Source: Patescibacteria group bacterium (GTDB lineage: Bacteria; Patescibacteriota; Minisyncoccia; Phycocordibacterales; Phycocordibacteraceae). From it: a stretch of DNA of 44,923 nucleotides. Made by a program: the position numbers and the translations under genes. Where the stretch lies: NCBI GenBank assembly GCA_004296925.1, contig SCVI01000037.1, forward strand, positions 1 to 44,923, in the 5' to 3' direction. Each line of letters opens with the position of its first letter. Position 1 is the stretch's first letter. Below the pieces are notes generated by a model that had not been told where the DNA came from, searched no databases, and saw only the letters and a program-made list of their open reading frames with translations. Of the stretch, positions 8,549 to 18,400 are shown in pieces.

Positions 8549-9697
8549 CTACTCGCGACTCGCGTCACGAACCGCTTTCGCTACTGCCGTCACCACTCCT
8601 TTATCAAAGACATCGGGGATTACAGTATCAACACTCGGTACCGCGACATACTCAGCAAGTGCGATGGTGGCAGCGCGTTTCATATGATCTGTAATTTGAG
8701 GAGCCCTAACATCAAGTACACCTCTAAAAATACCTGGATACGCGAGTACATTGTTTACTTGGTTAGGAAAATCACTCCTGCCTGTTGCTACCACTTTTGC
8801 TCCAGCCTCTTTTGCAACATCTGGCATAATTTCAGGTATTGGGTTTGCGAGCGCAAAAATAATTGGATGAGTTGCCATTTCACGCACCATGTCAGCTGTG
8901 AGCGCTCCACCAACACTCACTCCAATAAACACATCGCGCCCCACAATACCGTCTGCAAGTGAACCAGATACGTTAGTAACGTTGGTTGTTTCAAGTAATT
9001 TTTTCTTGATTGGAGTAAGGTCAGTTCTCTCTTTTGAAATAATTCCTTGACTATCAGCCACGATTATATCTTTTGCACCAAAGTTAAAAAGTGCCTTCAC
9101 TATCGCTACTCCCGCAGCGCCTGCTCCATTCACAAGAATTTTAGCTGTTTCAAACGAACGGCCTGTAATTTTGAAAGCATTAATAATACCCGCCACTACT
9201 ACCACTGCCGTTCCGTGCTGATCATCGTGCATCACTGGAATGTCTAATTCGTTTTTCAGTCGTTCCTCAATTTCAAAACAACGCGGAGCAGAGATGTCTT
9301 CCAAATTGACTGCACCAAATGAGCCGGAAATTTCTTTCACTGTTTGCACAAACACATCAATGTCTCGCGTTTTGAGTGCGAGTGGAAATGCATCAATATT
9401 GGCGAATTTTTTAAAAAGAGCGCATTTTCCTTCCATAACAGGAAGCGAAGCAGATGCGCCAATGTCGCCTAAGCCTAGTACCGCAGAACCATCAGTAATA
9501 ACCGCCACCATGTTTCCTCGAGAGGTCACATCCCATACTGCGTCAGGGTTCCTTACTATTTCTCGACATGCTTCTGCAACGCCGGGGGTGTATGCAAGAG
9601 AAAGGTCGTACCGTGTATCAAGAGGGACCTTGGATGTTACTTCCAACTTACCTTTATGTTTTTTATGAAACTTCAATGATTCTTCATAAATATCCAT
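8549..9697 (-). CDS. NAD(P)-dependent malic enzyme (short, YtsJ-like)
   Basis: LAYTPGVA, TDGSAVLGLGDIG, PVMEGK, NLEDISAPRCF, HDDQHGTA, GAGAAG, ALANPIPE, TGRSDFPNQVNN. Confidence 0.93.
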   Translation of the reverse strand: MDIYEESLKFHKKHKGKLEVTSKVPLDTRYDLSLAYTPGVAEACREIVRNPDAVWDVTSRGNMVAVITDGSAVLGLGDIGASASLPVMEGKCALFKKFANIDAFPLALKTRDIDVFVQTVKEISGSFGAVNLEDISAPRCFEIEERLKNELDIPVMHDDQHGTAVVVVAGIINAFKITGRSFETAKILVNGAGAAGVAIVKALFNFGAKDIIVADSQGIISKERTDLTPIKKKLLETTNVTNVSGSLADGIVGRDVFIGVSVGGALTADMVREMATHPIIFALANPIPEIMPDVAKEAGAKVVATGRSDFPNQVNNVLAYPGIFRGVLDVRAPQITDHMKRAATIALAEYVAVPSVDTVIPDVFDKGVVTAVAKAVRDASRE

Positions 9698-9706
9698 ACG
9701 TACATT

Positions 9707-11881
9707 TTACTTCGCGACTTTTACGGCCTCTTCTAATTTCACTGACAATACTTTTGATACTCCGTCATTCCCCATGGTGACACCATAAAGAATTCCAGCG
9801 CGCGACATAGTTTCTCTGTTGTGTGTGATGACGGCAAGTTGAGATTTTTTTGAAAGCGCCTCAACCATGTCACCGTATCTACGACTATTAGACTCATCGA
9901 GCGCGGCGTCGGTTTCATCAAGCACCAAAAATGGAGGAGGGTTAACCGATGACATAGCAAAAATAAGCGCAATTGAGGTAAGGGCTCTTTCTCCACCTGA
10001 AAGCATTACGAGAGATTTTACACGTTTTCGTGGAATTGAAAGTGAAATGTCTATCCCTGGCACGGTCTCTCCTGACTCCTCTTCAGATTCTGATTCTTCT
10101 CCAGGTGTTTCAATACGCCTTCTCACTGGTTCCGCAACGCGCACAAGAGCAGCTGTGCCTCCGTCAAACATCATTGCAAATAGTTTTGTAAACTCTGCAT
10201 TAATTGCATCTATCCCATCTTTAAAACGAACACTAAGTTCTTGTTCAAGGTTTTGAATCAAATCCTTCAAAGACGCAGATGCGCTTTGTAGGTCTGCAAG
10301 CTCATGCTCCAAAAACGCCTCACGCTCAGAAGCGTCTTTGTATTCTTTAAGAGTGTCAGCACCAGCGCCTGTACCTGCTTCTTCAAGTCGAATTTTTGTT
10401 TTTTCCAGTTCGCGTTTCTCTGCTGATTGATGTTCACGTGACGCTTTTTCTTCAATGTGTTCTGCTTGATATCCCAGTATTTCACGACCTATGAGCATTC
10501 CTGCTTCCTCGAGTTCCCTCTCAAATTCCGCTCTTTCAAGCGAGAGTCTTTCTCGCTCAGACTGTTTCATGCTGAGGTTATGACGCACATCGCGTTCAGC
10601 TGAAGCAAGTTCAAAGAGTGCGCGTTCCTTATCGCGTTCGTTGTCTCTTGCGGCATCCAACTCAGCACGAATATTGTCTAACGAAGATGCGAGCTCTGTT
10701 TCTTTAATGGCAAGTGCTTTTTCTGACTCGCGCGCCTCATCACGCTCTGCCTTCAATGCGGTGATGTCTGATGAATCATGCGCGGAATCGGCGCTCAACG
10801 CACGAAAGCGTGCAAAAAATTCTTTTATGTAAGTAATAATTTCAGCAACAGATTTTGATTCCAAGCTTTGCATTGATTGCTCTCCCTCCTCTACGAGCTT
10901 AGTTATTTCCTGTGACGGAACGCTTGCGCTTTTGATGGTGCGTTCCATCCCTTCAATAGTTCCATCGAGACGAGACGCTTTTCGAAGTGCTTCGGCGCGT
11001 TCGCGTCGCACCGTGTCAAGTGCGGAGGAGACTTCAAAAATGACCGTGCCTCGCTTGTCCTCCGCAGAGTCAGCAAGCGAATGTTTCGCTTCTGCTACTT
11101 TTTGAGAAATGGTGTCGAGTTCTTTGTTGAGCGTTGTAAGTGAAGAATCGATTGAGTGTTTAGAAGTTTCCAAATACACCTCCTCTTGTTTAAAGTATGT
11201 ACGAAAACGAATAAGTGCTGATGCGCGGAGCGCTTCAGCTTTTTCCAACTTTTCTACTTGTCGTTTTAAAAATCTCAAATGAGGTGCAATTTCCCTGCGA
11301 AGTGCTTCAACTTGCCGCATATTCTCATCTGTCTTTTCAAGTTTGCGCGTAGATTCCTCAAGTTTATATTGGTACGCTTTAAGACCAAGCGCATCCTCTA
11401 ACATTTCTCTTCGCTCTCTTACCGAGGCCGAAAGAATTTTATCTGCTTCGCCTTGCGAAATAATATGGTGCCCCGTGGCTCCAATATTTGCACCTGCAAG
11501 CAACTCCATAATATCTTTGAGTCGGACCGATGAACCGTTCATTTTGTATTCGTTCACCCCATCGCGGTGAACAACTCGCTCAATTGAAACCTCATCAAAA
11601 TCAATATTAAGAAATCGCGAAGAATTATCGAACACAATCACGACAGAGGCGCGGTTGGCACGAGGAGATGTGGGCGACCCATTCCATATCATGTCTTCAC
11701 CACGTTTACCGCGCATCGATTTCATGGATTGCTCGCCTAAAACAAAACGAATAGCCTCAGCTACGTTTGATTTTCCAGAGCCATTAGGGCCAACAATGGA
11801 AACTATAGGTACGTTAAAATCAAACGAAGTTTTCTTAGCGAATGACTTGAAACCAGTAATATCGAGACGAACCAGATGCAT
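9707..11881 (-). CDS. smc: SMC-family chromosome segregation ATPase, unusually short (724 aa)
   Basis: GFKSFA, Walker A GPNGSGKSN, Q-loop ISQG, signature LSGGE, Walker B/D-loop LDETDAALD, H-loop ITH; long coiled coils. Confidence 0.88.
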   Translation of the reverse strand: MHLVRLDITGFKSFAKKTSFDFNVPIVSIVGPNGSGKSNVAEAIRFVLGEQSMKSMRGKRGEDMIWNGSPTSPRANRASVVIVFDNSSRFLNIDFDEVSIERVVHRDGVNEYKMNGSSVRLKDIMELLAGANIGATGHHIISQGEADKILSASVRERREMLEDALGLKAYQYKLEESTRKLEKTDENMRQVEALRREIAPHLRFLKRQVEKLEKAEALRASALIRFRTYFKQEEVYLETSKHSIDSSLTTLNKELDTISQKVAEAKHSLADSAEDKRGTVIFEVSSALDTVRRERAEALRKASRLDGTIEGMERTIKSASVPSQEITKLVEEGEQSMQSLESKSVAEIITYIKEFFARFRALSADSAHDSSDITALKAERDEARESEKALAIKETELASSLDNIRAELDAARDNERDKERALFELASAERDVRHNLSMKQSERERLSLERAEFERELEEAGMLIGREILGYQAEHIEEKASREHQSAEKRELEKTKIRLEEAGTGAGADTLKEYKDASEREAFLEHELADLQSASASLKDLIQNLEQELSVRFKDGIDAINAEFTKLFAMMFDGGTAALVRVAEPVRRRIETPGEESESEEESGETVPGIDISLSIPRKRVKSLVMLSGGERALTSIALIFAMSSVNPPPFLVLDETDAALDESNSRRYGDMVEALSKKSQLAVITHNRETMSRAGILYGVTMGNDGVSKVLSVKLEEAVKVAK

Positions 11882-11949
11882 GGTGCCTATTGTACTATTA
11901 AAAAAATAAAAGCTTACGCAAGCTCTTTTGATGAGGATATCCTTGGTGT

Positions 11950-12684
11950 CTATTTAGTATCTTTTTCCTTAAGTGCTTTAACTGCGGCCTGCTGTTCGGC
12001 CTCTTGTTTCGACTTTCCTTCTCCTTCAGCAACAAGGATATCGCCTACTGATACTGAAATAACAAAACGCTTATCATGATCTGGTCCGTCAGCTCGTACG
12101 GTTTCATATTTTGGGGTCATTCCATACTTTGCTTGTGCAAATTCTTGAAATGCACTTTTTGCGTCTCTCCATGCGCCTGTCTTTAACACTTCTGTAATAC
12201 GAGGAAAGACGTGAGAAGCAATAAATGCGTCGGCCGCTTTGTATCCTTGATCCATGTAAAGCGCTCCTACAATTGCTTCAAAAGCATTCGCAAGAATAGT
12301 CGAACGGGCACGCCCTACATCTTTTGCTTCACCTCTCGAAAGTAACAAACACTCATTTACGCCAAGCTCTTCAGCGATACCCGCAAGCATCACTGCATTT
12401 ACTAACGCAGCACGATAACTTGTGAGCTCTCCTTCGTTTTCCTCGGGATAAGCGCGATACAAATAATCAGTAACAGAAAGTTCAAGTACCGCATCCCCCA
12501 AAAACTCGAGACGTTCATTGTGCTCAGTTGGCCCGTTTCCGTTTTTTCCTGCTGCAACTCTTGCCTCATTCAAATATGAACGGTGCGTAAATGCAGTTTC
12601 AAGAAAACGAGCGTCCTTAAAAGAAACACCTGCTTTTTTCTCAAACGCTTTTATGGCATCGGTATGTGCAGTATCTACAGACAT
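11950..12684 (-). CDS. rnc: Ribonuclease III
   Basis: AFTHRSY, NERLEFLGDAVL, AFEAIVGALY; dsRBD with GPDHDKRF…GEGKSKQEAEQQAA. Confidence 0.97.
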   Translation of the reverse strand: MSVDTAHTDAIKAFEKKAGVSFKDARFLETAFTHRSYLNEARVAAGKNGNGPTEHNERLEFLGDAVLELSVTDYLYRAYPEENEGELTSYRAALVNAVMLAGIAEELGVNECLLLSRGEAKDVGRARSTILANAFEAIVGALYMDQGYKAADAFIASHVFPRITEVLKTGAWRDAKSAFQEFAQAKYGMTPKYETVRADGPDHDKRFVISVSVGDILVAEGEGKSKQEAEQQAAVKALKEKDTK

Positions 12685-13562
12685 ATTTTTTTGGCGGTGG
12701 CGACACCAGTTTCAATAACCGGCAGAAGATCATCGTAAAGCGAAATAGTACCCAATTCTTCTTCTGAAAACCAGCGTGCCTCTTCTATACCACCCACTTT
12801 TGTTACTATAAGGTTAGTTGGAGCGGTTGCGCATCCAAGGAAGTAGCCAACGGAACGTATAACTTTTCCTGTAGCCGGGTCGTGCGCAATGTACTCGTGT
12901 TCTCCTATTGGTTCAACCTTTTCTACTGACACACCAAGCTCTTCCTTAAGAGCCCTAAGTGCTGCATGTTCAGATAATTCACCCTCAATACATTTTGATT
13001 TTGGAAGTGTCCATTTTTTGAATGCATCAAGTACAAGTGCAACTTTAATCGCCCCCTCCTCTGGCGCAACAAGTAGAAGTCCTCCTAAATGTTCGTGCTT
13101 TAACGGGACAGTTTCTTTAAGTGCGTCATTTTTACCAGGACTTCCAATGGAACGATACACTGCGCCCAACACTCCGTTTACAAATTTTCCACTTGTGTCA
13201 CCGCCGTATGCCTTTGCAAGTTCAATAGCTTCATTCAGTGCAACCTTAGGAGGGACTGCATTTTTATCTCCAAAAAGAAGCTCGTAAAGCCCTACGCGAA
13301 GCACATTCCTATCAATAGGAGCGATATTTTCAATAGGCCATTGCGGTGCAGAAACAGTTATCATCTGATCAATTTCTTCCTTTTTCGCGATGATTCCTAA
13401 GAGTAACCCTTCTGCGAAAGGTATGTCAGCATCACCATCAAGAAATTCTGAAGTATTTCTTAACAAAATTGCATGAGCTGCATCTCCTGTAAATGTGTTC
13501 GTTGAGTCACACTCGAAGAGTGTCTGAAGTACTTGAGATCGTGATAAATGTCGTGAAGCCAT
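12675..13562 (-). CDS. nusB: Transcription antitermination factor NusB fused to a C-terminal Nudix-fold domain
   Basis: RHLSR, IDRNVLRVGLYEL, PPKVALNEAIELAKAYG, FVNGVLG; then WTLPKS…AALRALKEELGV (Nudix-like box). Confidence 0.9.
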   Translation of the reverse strand: MASRHLSRSQVLQTLFECDSTNTFTGDAAHAILLRNTSEFLDGDADIPFAEGLLLGIIAKKEEIDQMITVSAPQWPIENIAPIDRNVLRVGLYELLFGDKNAVPPKVALNEAIELAKAYGGDTSGKFVNGVLGAVYRSIGSPGKNDALKETVPLKHEHLGGLLLVAPEEGAIKVALVLDAFKKWTLPKSKCIEGELSEHAALRALKEELGVSVEKVEPIGEHEYIAHDPATGKVIRSVGYFLGCATAPTNLIVTKVGGIEEARWFSEEELGTISLYDDLLPVIETGVATAKKICL

Positions 13563-13635
13563 TATGAGAATAGGTTAGAGGGAATAGATTGTATGGTTGA
13601 GTAGAATAGGAAGCACAGACTACAGGATAGCAAAA

Positions 13636-13660
13636 AATAACCCGCGTGAGCGGGGTTATT
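13636..13660. terminator. Hairpin at the end of rpmF, probable terminator
   Basis: AATAACCCGC-GTGA-GCGGGGTTATT (one bulge) with T-run on the minus strand. Confidence 0.6.
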
Positions 13661-13973
13661 CTTTTTCTGTTTTTTTCTTAGCAACTTTTTTAGGTTTTGC
13701 TTCAGCTTTTACTACCTTTTTTGGCTCTTCAGCTTTTTCTTTCGTTGGCCCAGAATCCTTTTCGCGTTGTTTTAGTGCTTTTCGTCTGCGTTCCAATCGT
13801 GCCGATACTTTATCCATTACTGAACGACCACGGTATAACGTGCCATCCAAAAGCGCTCGGTGGCGAGGGTGCTTGGTGCCGTCTTTAGACTCTGTTAATT
13901 GAGTCTTTTTGAGGGCGTGATGTGAACGTCGGTTACCCGTATGGGCCCGCGTGTGTCTCATTCGTACTACCAT
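13656..13973 (-). CDS. rpmF: 50S ribosomal protein L32, Cys-less, with Lys-rich C-terminal extension
   Basis: MVVRMRHTRAHTGNRRSHHAL…HPRHRA…GTLYRGRSV; upstream of nusB-rnc-smc. Confidence 0.85.
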   Translation of the reverse strand: MVVRMRHTRAHTGNRRSHHALKKTQLTESKDGTKHPRHRALLDGTLYRGRSVMDKVSARLERRRKALKQREKDSGPTKEKAEEPKKVVKAEAKPKKVAKKKTEKE

Positions 13974-14058
13974 TCGCTCGAAGATACCAGAAAACCCGCA
14001 AAACAGCAAGAATTTTAACTTTCCACACTAAGAGAAAGGTATAAAACCTTTGTACTAC

Positions 14059-14391
14059 CTAATTTGGATAAACAGCTCTTTCTGATTGATTAAAGTTATA
14101 TTCATCCTCTCTATTTACATGACGCTCATGCTCGATACGAGAACTATTGTTTATAAGATAGAAGGTCGTTGCTAAAGCAAGTAATCCTCCAACTGCGGAC
14201 ATACTTTTTGTTATCGCTGCCGATAACCCCACCCCGGAGAGCGCTATTCCACTCACGCTAAAACCTAACGCTGTAAGGATAGCAATAATACCAACGGATG
14301 CTGTTCGTCCCGCTCTTTCTGAAAGCATTACCTTTGTTGCCTCTATCGCACTTCTTGGAGGAATATATTCTCCTTCGTGTGTTTTTGACAT
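14059..14391 (-). CDS. Hypothetical membrane protein
   Basis: 110-aa ORF with hydrophobic Gly/Ala-rich segments; has its own sigma70-like promoter. Confidence 0.65.
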   Translation of the reverse strand: MSKTHEGEYIPPRSAIEATKVMLSERAGRTASVGIIAILTALGFSVSGIALSGVGLSAAITKSMSAVGGLLALATTFYLINNSSRIEHERHVNREDEYNFNQSERAVYPN

Positions 14392-14393
14392 AA

Positions 14394-14417
14394 AAATACT
14401 ACCCGCAGGTAGTATTT
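14394..14417. terminator. Hairpin between the 14456 ORF and the 14391 start codon (terminator-like)
   Basis: AAATACTACC-CGCA-GGTAGTATTT, 10-bp perfect stem. Confidence 0.55.
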
Positions 14418-14418
14418 A

Positions 14419-14447
14419 ATAATAACACTTAAGGAGTGTTTTGTCAA
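14419..14447 (-). promoter_or_regulatory. Sigma70-type promoter for the 14391 ORF
   Basis: TTGACA-17 nt-TATTAT with extended TG; the spacer is itself palindromic (AACACT-N5-AGTGTT). Confidence 0.7.
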
Positions 14448-14455
14448 GTTCCTCT

Positions 14456-14830
14456 TTATTTCATCGCCTCAGTGAATTCTTTCAAAACACTCTCTGTTGC
14501 CTCAGCAAGAGCGTGCACTAATTCTTCTTGATTAAATTTTGTACGGAAGAATCCTGCAACTGCACTTAAGTCTGGTTCTGTACCAGGGGCAAGTCCTTCA
14601 CCAAACTTTGCAAGCTCTTCTTTATCTTCGTCAGAAAGGCGTTCGCCAAGACTGACCAAAAGGTCTGCTGCGATTGCTTCCATAAGATTTTGTTCTACTT
14701 CTTTTCTTTCTTCGTCAGGAACGCGAAGATCGTTCAATGTTTCATCAACCTGTGCGTAAAGTGCCACTACCCTATCGGCCAACGCTTGGTCGACTGGTAC
14801 ATCAGGAAGCTGGTCATCTTGGTCAGTCAT
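14456..14830 (-). CDS. Hypothetical acidic helical protein
   Basis: 124-aa ORF overlapping the rnhB stop by 4 nt; TACTAT 6 nt upstream of ATG. Confidence 0.75.
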   Translation of the reverse strand: MTDQDDQLPDVPVDQALADRVVALYAQVDETLNDLRVPDEERKEVEQNLMEAIAADLLVSLGERLSDEDKEELAKFGEGLAPGTEPDLSAVAGFFRTKFNQEELVHALAEATESVLKEFTEAMK

Positions 14831-15429
14831 GAAGAAATAGTACCATCCATGATTCGAGAAAGAAATGTCTTACGGTGGAATGGTGACACCCCATAAGCAT
14901 GAAGAGCTTCTATGTGCGCTTTCGTACCATACCCCTTATGCGTTTCAAAACCATATCGAGGTTCATCTTTTGATAACTGAACCATAAAGCGGTCCCTCGT
15001 TACCTTGGCAGCAATGGACGCGAGCATAATGGCAGGTACTAACGCGTCTCCTCCTATGATGGTTTCTTGTTCATACTCTTCGGGGGCTTTAAGAGATCCA
15101 TCGAGATACACTTTGCCCTCGAAAGGATTTGGCATAAGCTTACGAACGCCTTTAGCGAGCGCGTTAGAAATTGCGAACGAAATACCTTTCTCGTCTATTA
15201 CTTCGGCACTTGAAAGACATACCACTGCGCGAACCGTACCTACCTTCATCTCTTCTTGAAGACGTAGAAAAAGCGCTTCTCTTTTTTTCTCTGAAAGTTT
15301 CTTTGAATCGTTAAGTCCAGGAAATATCGACGCGAAATCAAACGTCTCAGATACCGCAACTACTCCAACCGCCACGGGTCCCGCAAGAGGCCCTCTTCCT
15401 GCTTCATCAATTCCTATAATTGTCTTCAT
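14827..15429 (-). CDS. rnhB: Ribonuclease HII
   Basis: GIDEAGRGPLAGPV, LNDSKKL, YLDG, ASIAAKVTRD, HKGYGT, HRKTF. Confidence 0.96.
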   Translation of the reverse strand: MKTIIGIDEAGRGPLAGPVAVGVVAVSETFDFASIFPGLNDSKKLSEKKREALFLRLQEEMKVGTVRAVVCLSSAEVIDEKGISFAISNALAKGVRKLMPNPFEGKVYLDGSLKAPEEYEQETIIGGDALVPAIMLASIAAKVTRDRFMVQLSKDEPRYGFETHKGYGTKAHIEALHAYGVSPFHRKTFLSRIMDGTISS

Positions 15430-15489
15430 ATAAAAGGTTCAAAAGTCTATCCTAGCGTTTACCACCCAATCAACATTATAATGTCTTCA

Positions 15490-18400
15490 ATGTCGTCTCA
15501 ATTCTCGCACCTCTCAGCCCACAGTCACTATTCACTCCTTGATGGCATTGTGCAAATAGAAGCACTTGTAAAGCAAGCAATGTTTTACGGCATGCCCGCT
15601 GTGGCACTCACAGACAGAAACCATTTATATGGCGCAATCGATTTTTATAAAGAATGCGCAAAATCTGGAATTAAACCAATAATTGGAGTTGATGCCGACG
15701 TTTCAATTGACGAGGTTAACACGCGACTCGTTTTTTTAGCTGAAAATAATGAGGGCTACCGCAACCTATTAAAACTGGTGTCCCACGCACAAATTGATAC
15801 TCCTCCTAGAGGAGAAGAACGAGGACTGATTAGAAACCTGCATATCGAAAAATATCACGAGGGTGTCATTGTTCTTATTCCAGACACAGCACTTACTCTC
15901 CAAAATGCAGGGAAACTTTCAAAAACACTTCGAAGTGTATTTGGCAACGACAATGTATTTGCACGCCTCGGCTGGAATGGCGGAAGAGAACAACAGATAC
16001 GCATAAAAGGTATTGCGACCGCACTCCAGCTTCCACTTGCAGCGTCGGATGATACCTACTATCTAAAACCAGAGGATAGAGAGATAAGAAATATCGTACG
16101 AAAAATTGCTACACCGGGTGTTGCTCCTCAAGAGGAAGATTATGCATTCATAAGTCGAGATACAGCGTTTGACAGATATCGCGATTTCCCTGACGCTCTT
16201 CAAAATGCGAGCGATATTGTTGATCGAGTGTCAGTCACTCTAGAGCTTGGATCATGGGTATTCCCAAAATTTTCAATTCCTGAAGGTGCCACATACGAAA
16301 GCGAGCTCGACGCAGCAATACTTCGAGGAATTAAAGATCGGGGCATAGAGCACACTGAAGAAGTAAAGAGGCGTATTGCATACGAAATGAGCATCATTAA
16401 TGAGAAAGGTTTTGCCCCATACTTTTTGACCGTTTCAGACCTCCTTGGATACGCGAGAGAAAACGGAATTCTTACCACCACACGAGGTTCTGCTGCTGGC
16501 TCACTTGTCTCATATCTCACCGGTATTACGAACGTAGACCCAATGTTGTATCAGCTTCCGTTTGAGCGCTTCCTTAACCCAGAAAGACCATCTGCTCCCG
16601 ATATCGATATGGACTTCGCCGATACCCGTCGCGATGAAATGATTCGCTATGCACGCGAAAAATACGGAGAATCAACGGTGGCACAAATAGGAACATTCGG
16701 CACCATGATGGCGCGTGCCGCTGTTCGCGACATTGCGCGCGCTATGGGATACCCCTACGGCGTGGGCGATAGAATTGCAAAAATGATTCCGCTTGGTTCG
16801 CAAGGTTTTCCTATGACTATTGAACGAGCTCTTGAGATTGAAGAAGATTTAAAAAAGTTATACCAGTCCGATGAAGATGCGGAAATAATTATTAACGCTG
16901 CAAGAAAAGTCGAAGGTAACGCACGACACATTTCTATTCATGCGGCAGGCATAGTTATTGCACCATCTGCAGCATCTGATTATGTTCCAGTGCAATACGA
17001 CCCATCAGGAACTGCAATCATTACTGAGTACGACATGCATGCCGTTGAAGATGCGGGTCTTCTTAAATTCGACTTCCTCGGACTTAAAAACCTTTCCATT
17101 TTAGGCGACTCAATTCAACGGGTTCAAAAACGAAAGGGAGAAAGTATTGATATTGAAAACATTCCGCTTGATGACACGAAAGTATTCGAGATGCTAGCGC
17201 GAGGCGAAACCGAAGGAGTATTCCAGCTAGGGGGCGCTGGTATGACGCATTATCTAAAAGACCTGCAACCATCGTCTATTCACGATATCAACGCCATGGT
17301 GGCACTCTATCGCCCTGGACCTATGATTTCCATACCTGAATACATCAGACGAAAGCATAACCCTCAGCTGGTCACATACCTCGATCCTCGAATGAAAGAA
17401 ATATTAGAGCGCTCATACGGCATCATTACTTACCAAGATGACGTGCTTTTGATTGCTATCCACCTCGCTGGCTATACATGGCTCGAAGCTGACCAACTCA
17501 GAAAAGCAATGGGTAAAAAAATACCTATTGAAATGGAAGCGCAAAAAGAAAAGTTTATCGCGGGCTGTATTGCAAAAGACGCGATGAAAAAAGAGAAGGC
17601 GGAAGAATTGTGGAAACTCATTGAGCCGTTTGCTGCGTACGGGTTCAACAAGGGTCACGCGGCTTCGTACGGAAAAGTGGCATATCAAACGGCGTACATG
17701 AAGGCACACCATCCTGAGGACTACATGGCGTCTCTTCTAAGTGCCGACTCGGGCGACACCGATAAAATTTCCGAACACGTAGCGGAGTGTGAACGTATCG
17801 GCATTCGCATACTTCCTCCTGACGTCAATGAATCGTTTGAATCATTTACCGTCATCGCTCAAGGGATGATTCGTTTCGGTCTTTCAACTATCAAGAACTT
17901 TGGAGAAGGTGCCGCAGAAGCGGTTATTGAAGAGCGGAATAAAAAAGGAAAATTTGTTTCCATTGGTGATTTTCTTTCGCGAGTATCTGCTCAATACATA
18001 AACAAACGTGCCCTTGAATCGCTTATTCGAAGTGGTGTTTTCGATTCGTTCTCAGACAGAGGTGCATTAGTAGCAAACTTAGAAAGACTCATTGAATTTT
18101 CAAAAGACTTATCAAAAGAATCTGATGGACAAAACTCGCTCTTTGGTATTTCAAAACTCCCTAAAGATATTACTCTAGAACCCGCTCCCCCTTTGCCTGC
18201 AATGGAAATGCTGAAATCTGAAAAAGAGCTTTTGGGTATTTATGTTTCAGGACATCCTATTGATCAATTTAAAAACGAACTAAAAGACTATCCTCGTTCA
18301 GTAAAGAATGCGCTTGCTGAAGAAAGAAATGGTTATCCACTCACTGTAGGTGGCGTTGTTGAAGAAGTTAAAACGATTCTTACTAAAAAAGGCGATAAGA

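Noticed and set aside
15800..15814. CTCCTC-CTA-GAGGAG hairpin inside dnaE as another intragenic element
   Set aside because: Only a 6-bp stem and unrelated in sequence to the trmD/pheT element; expected by chance
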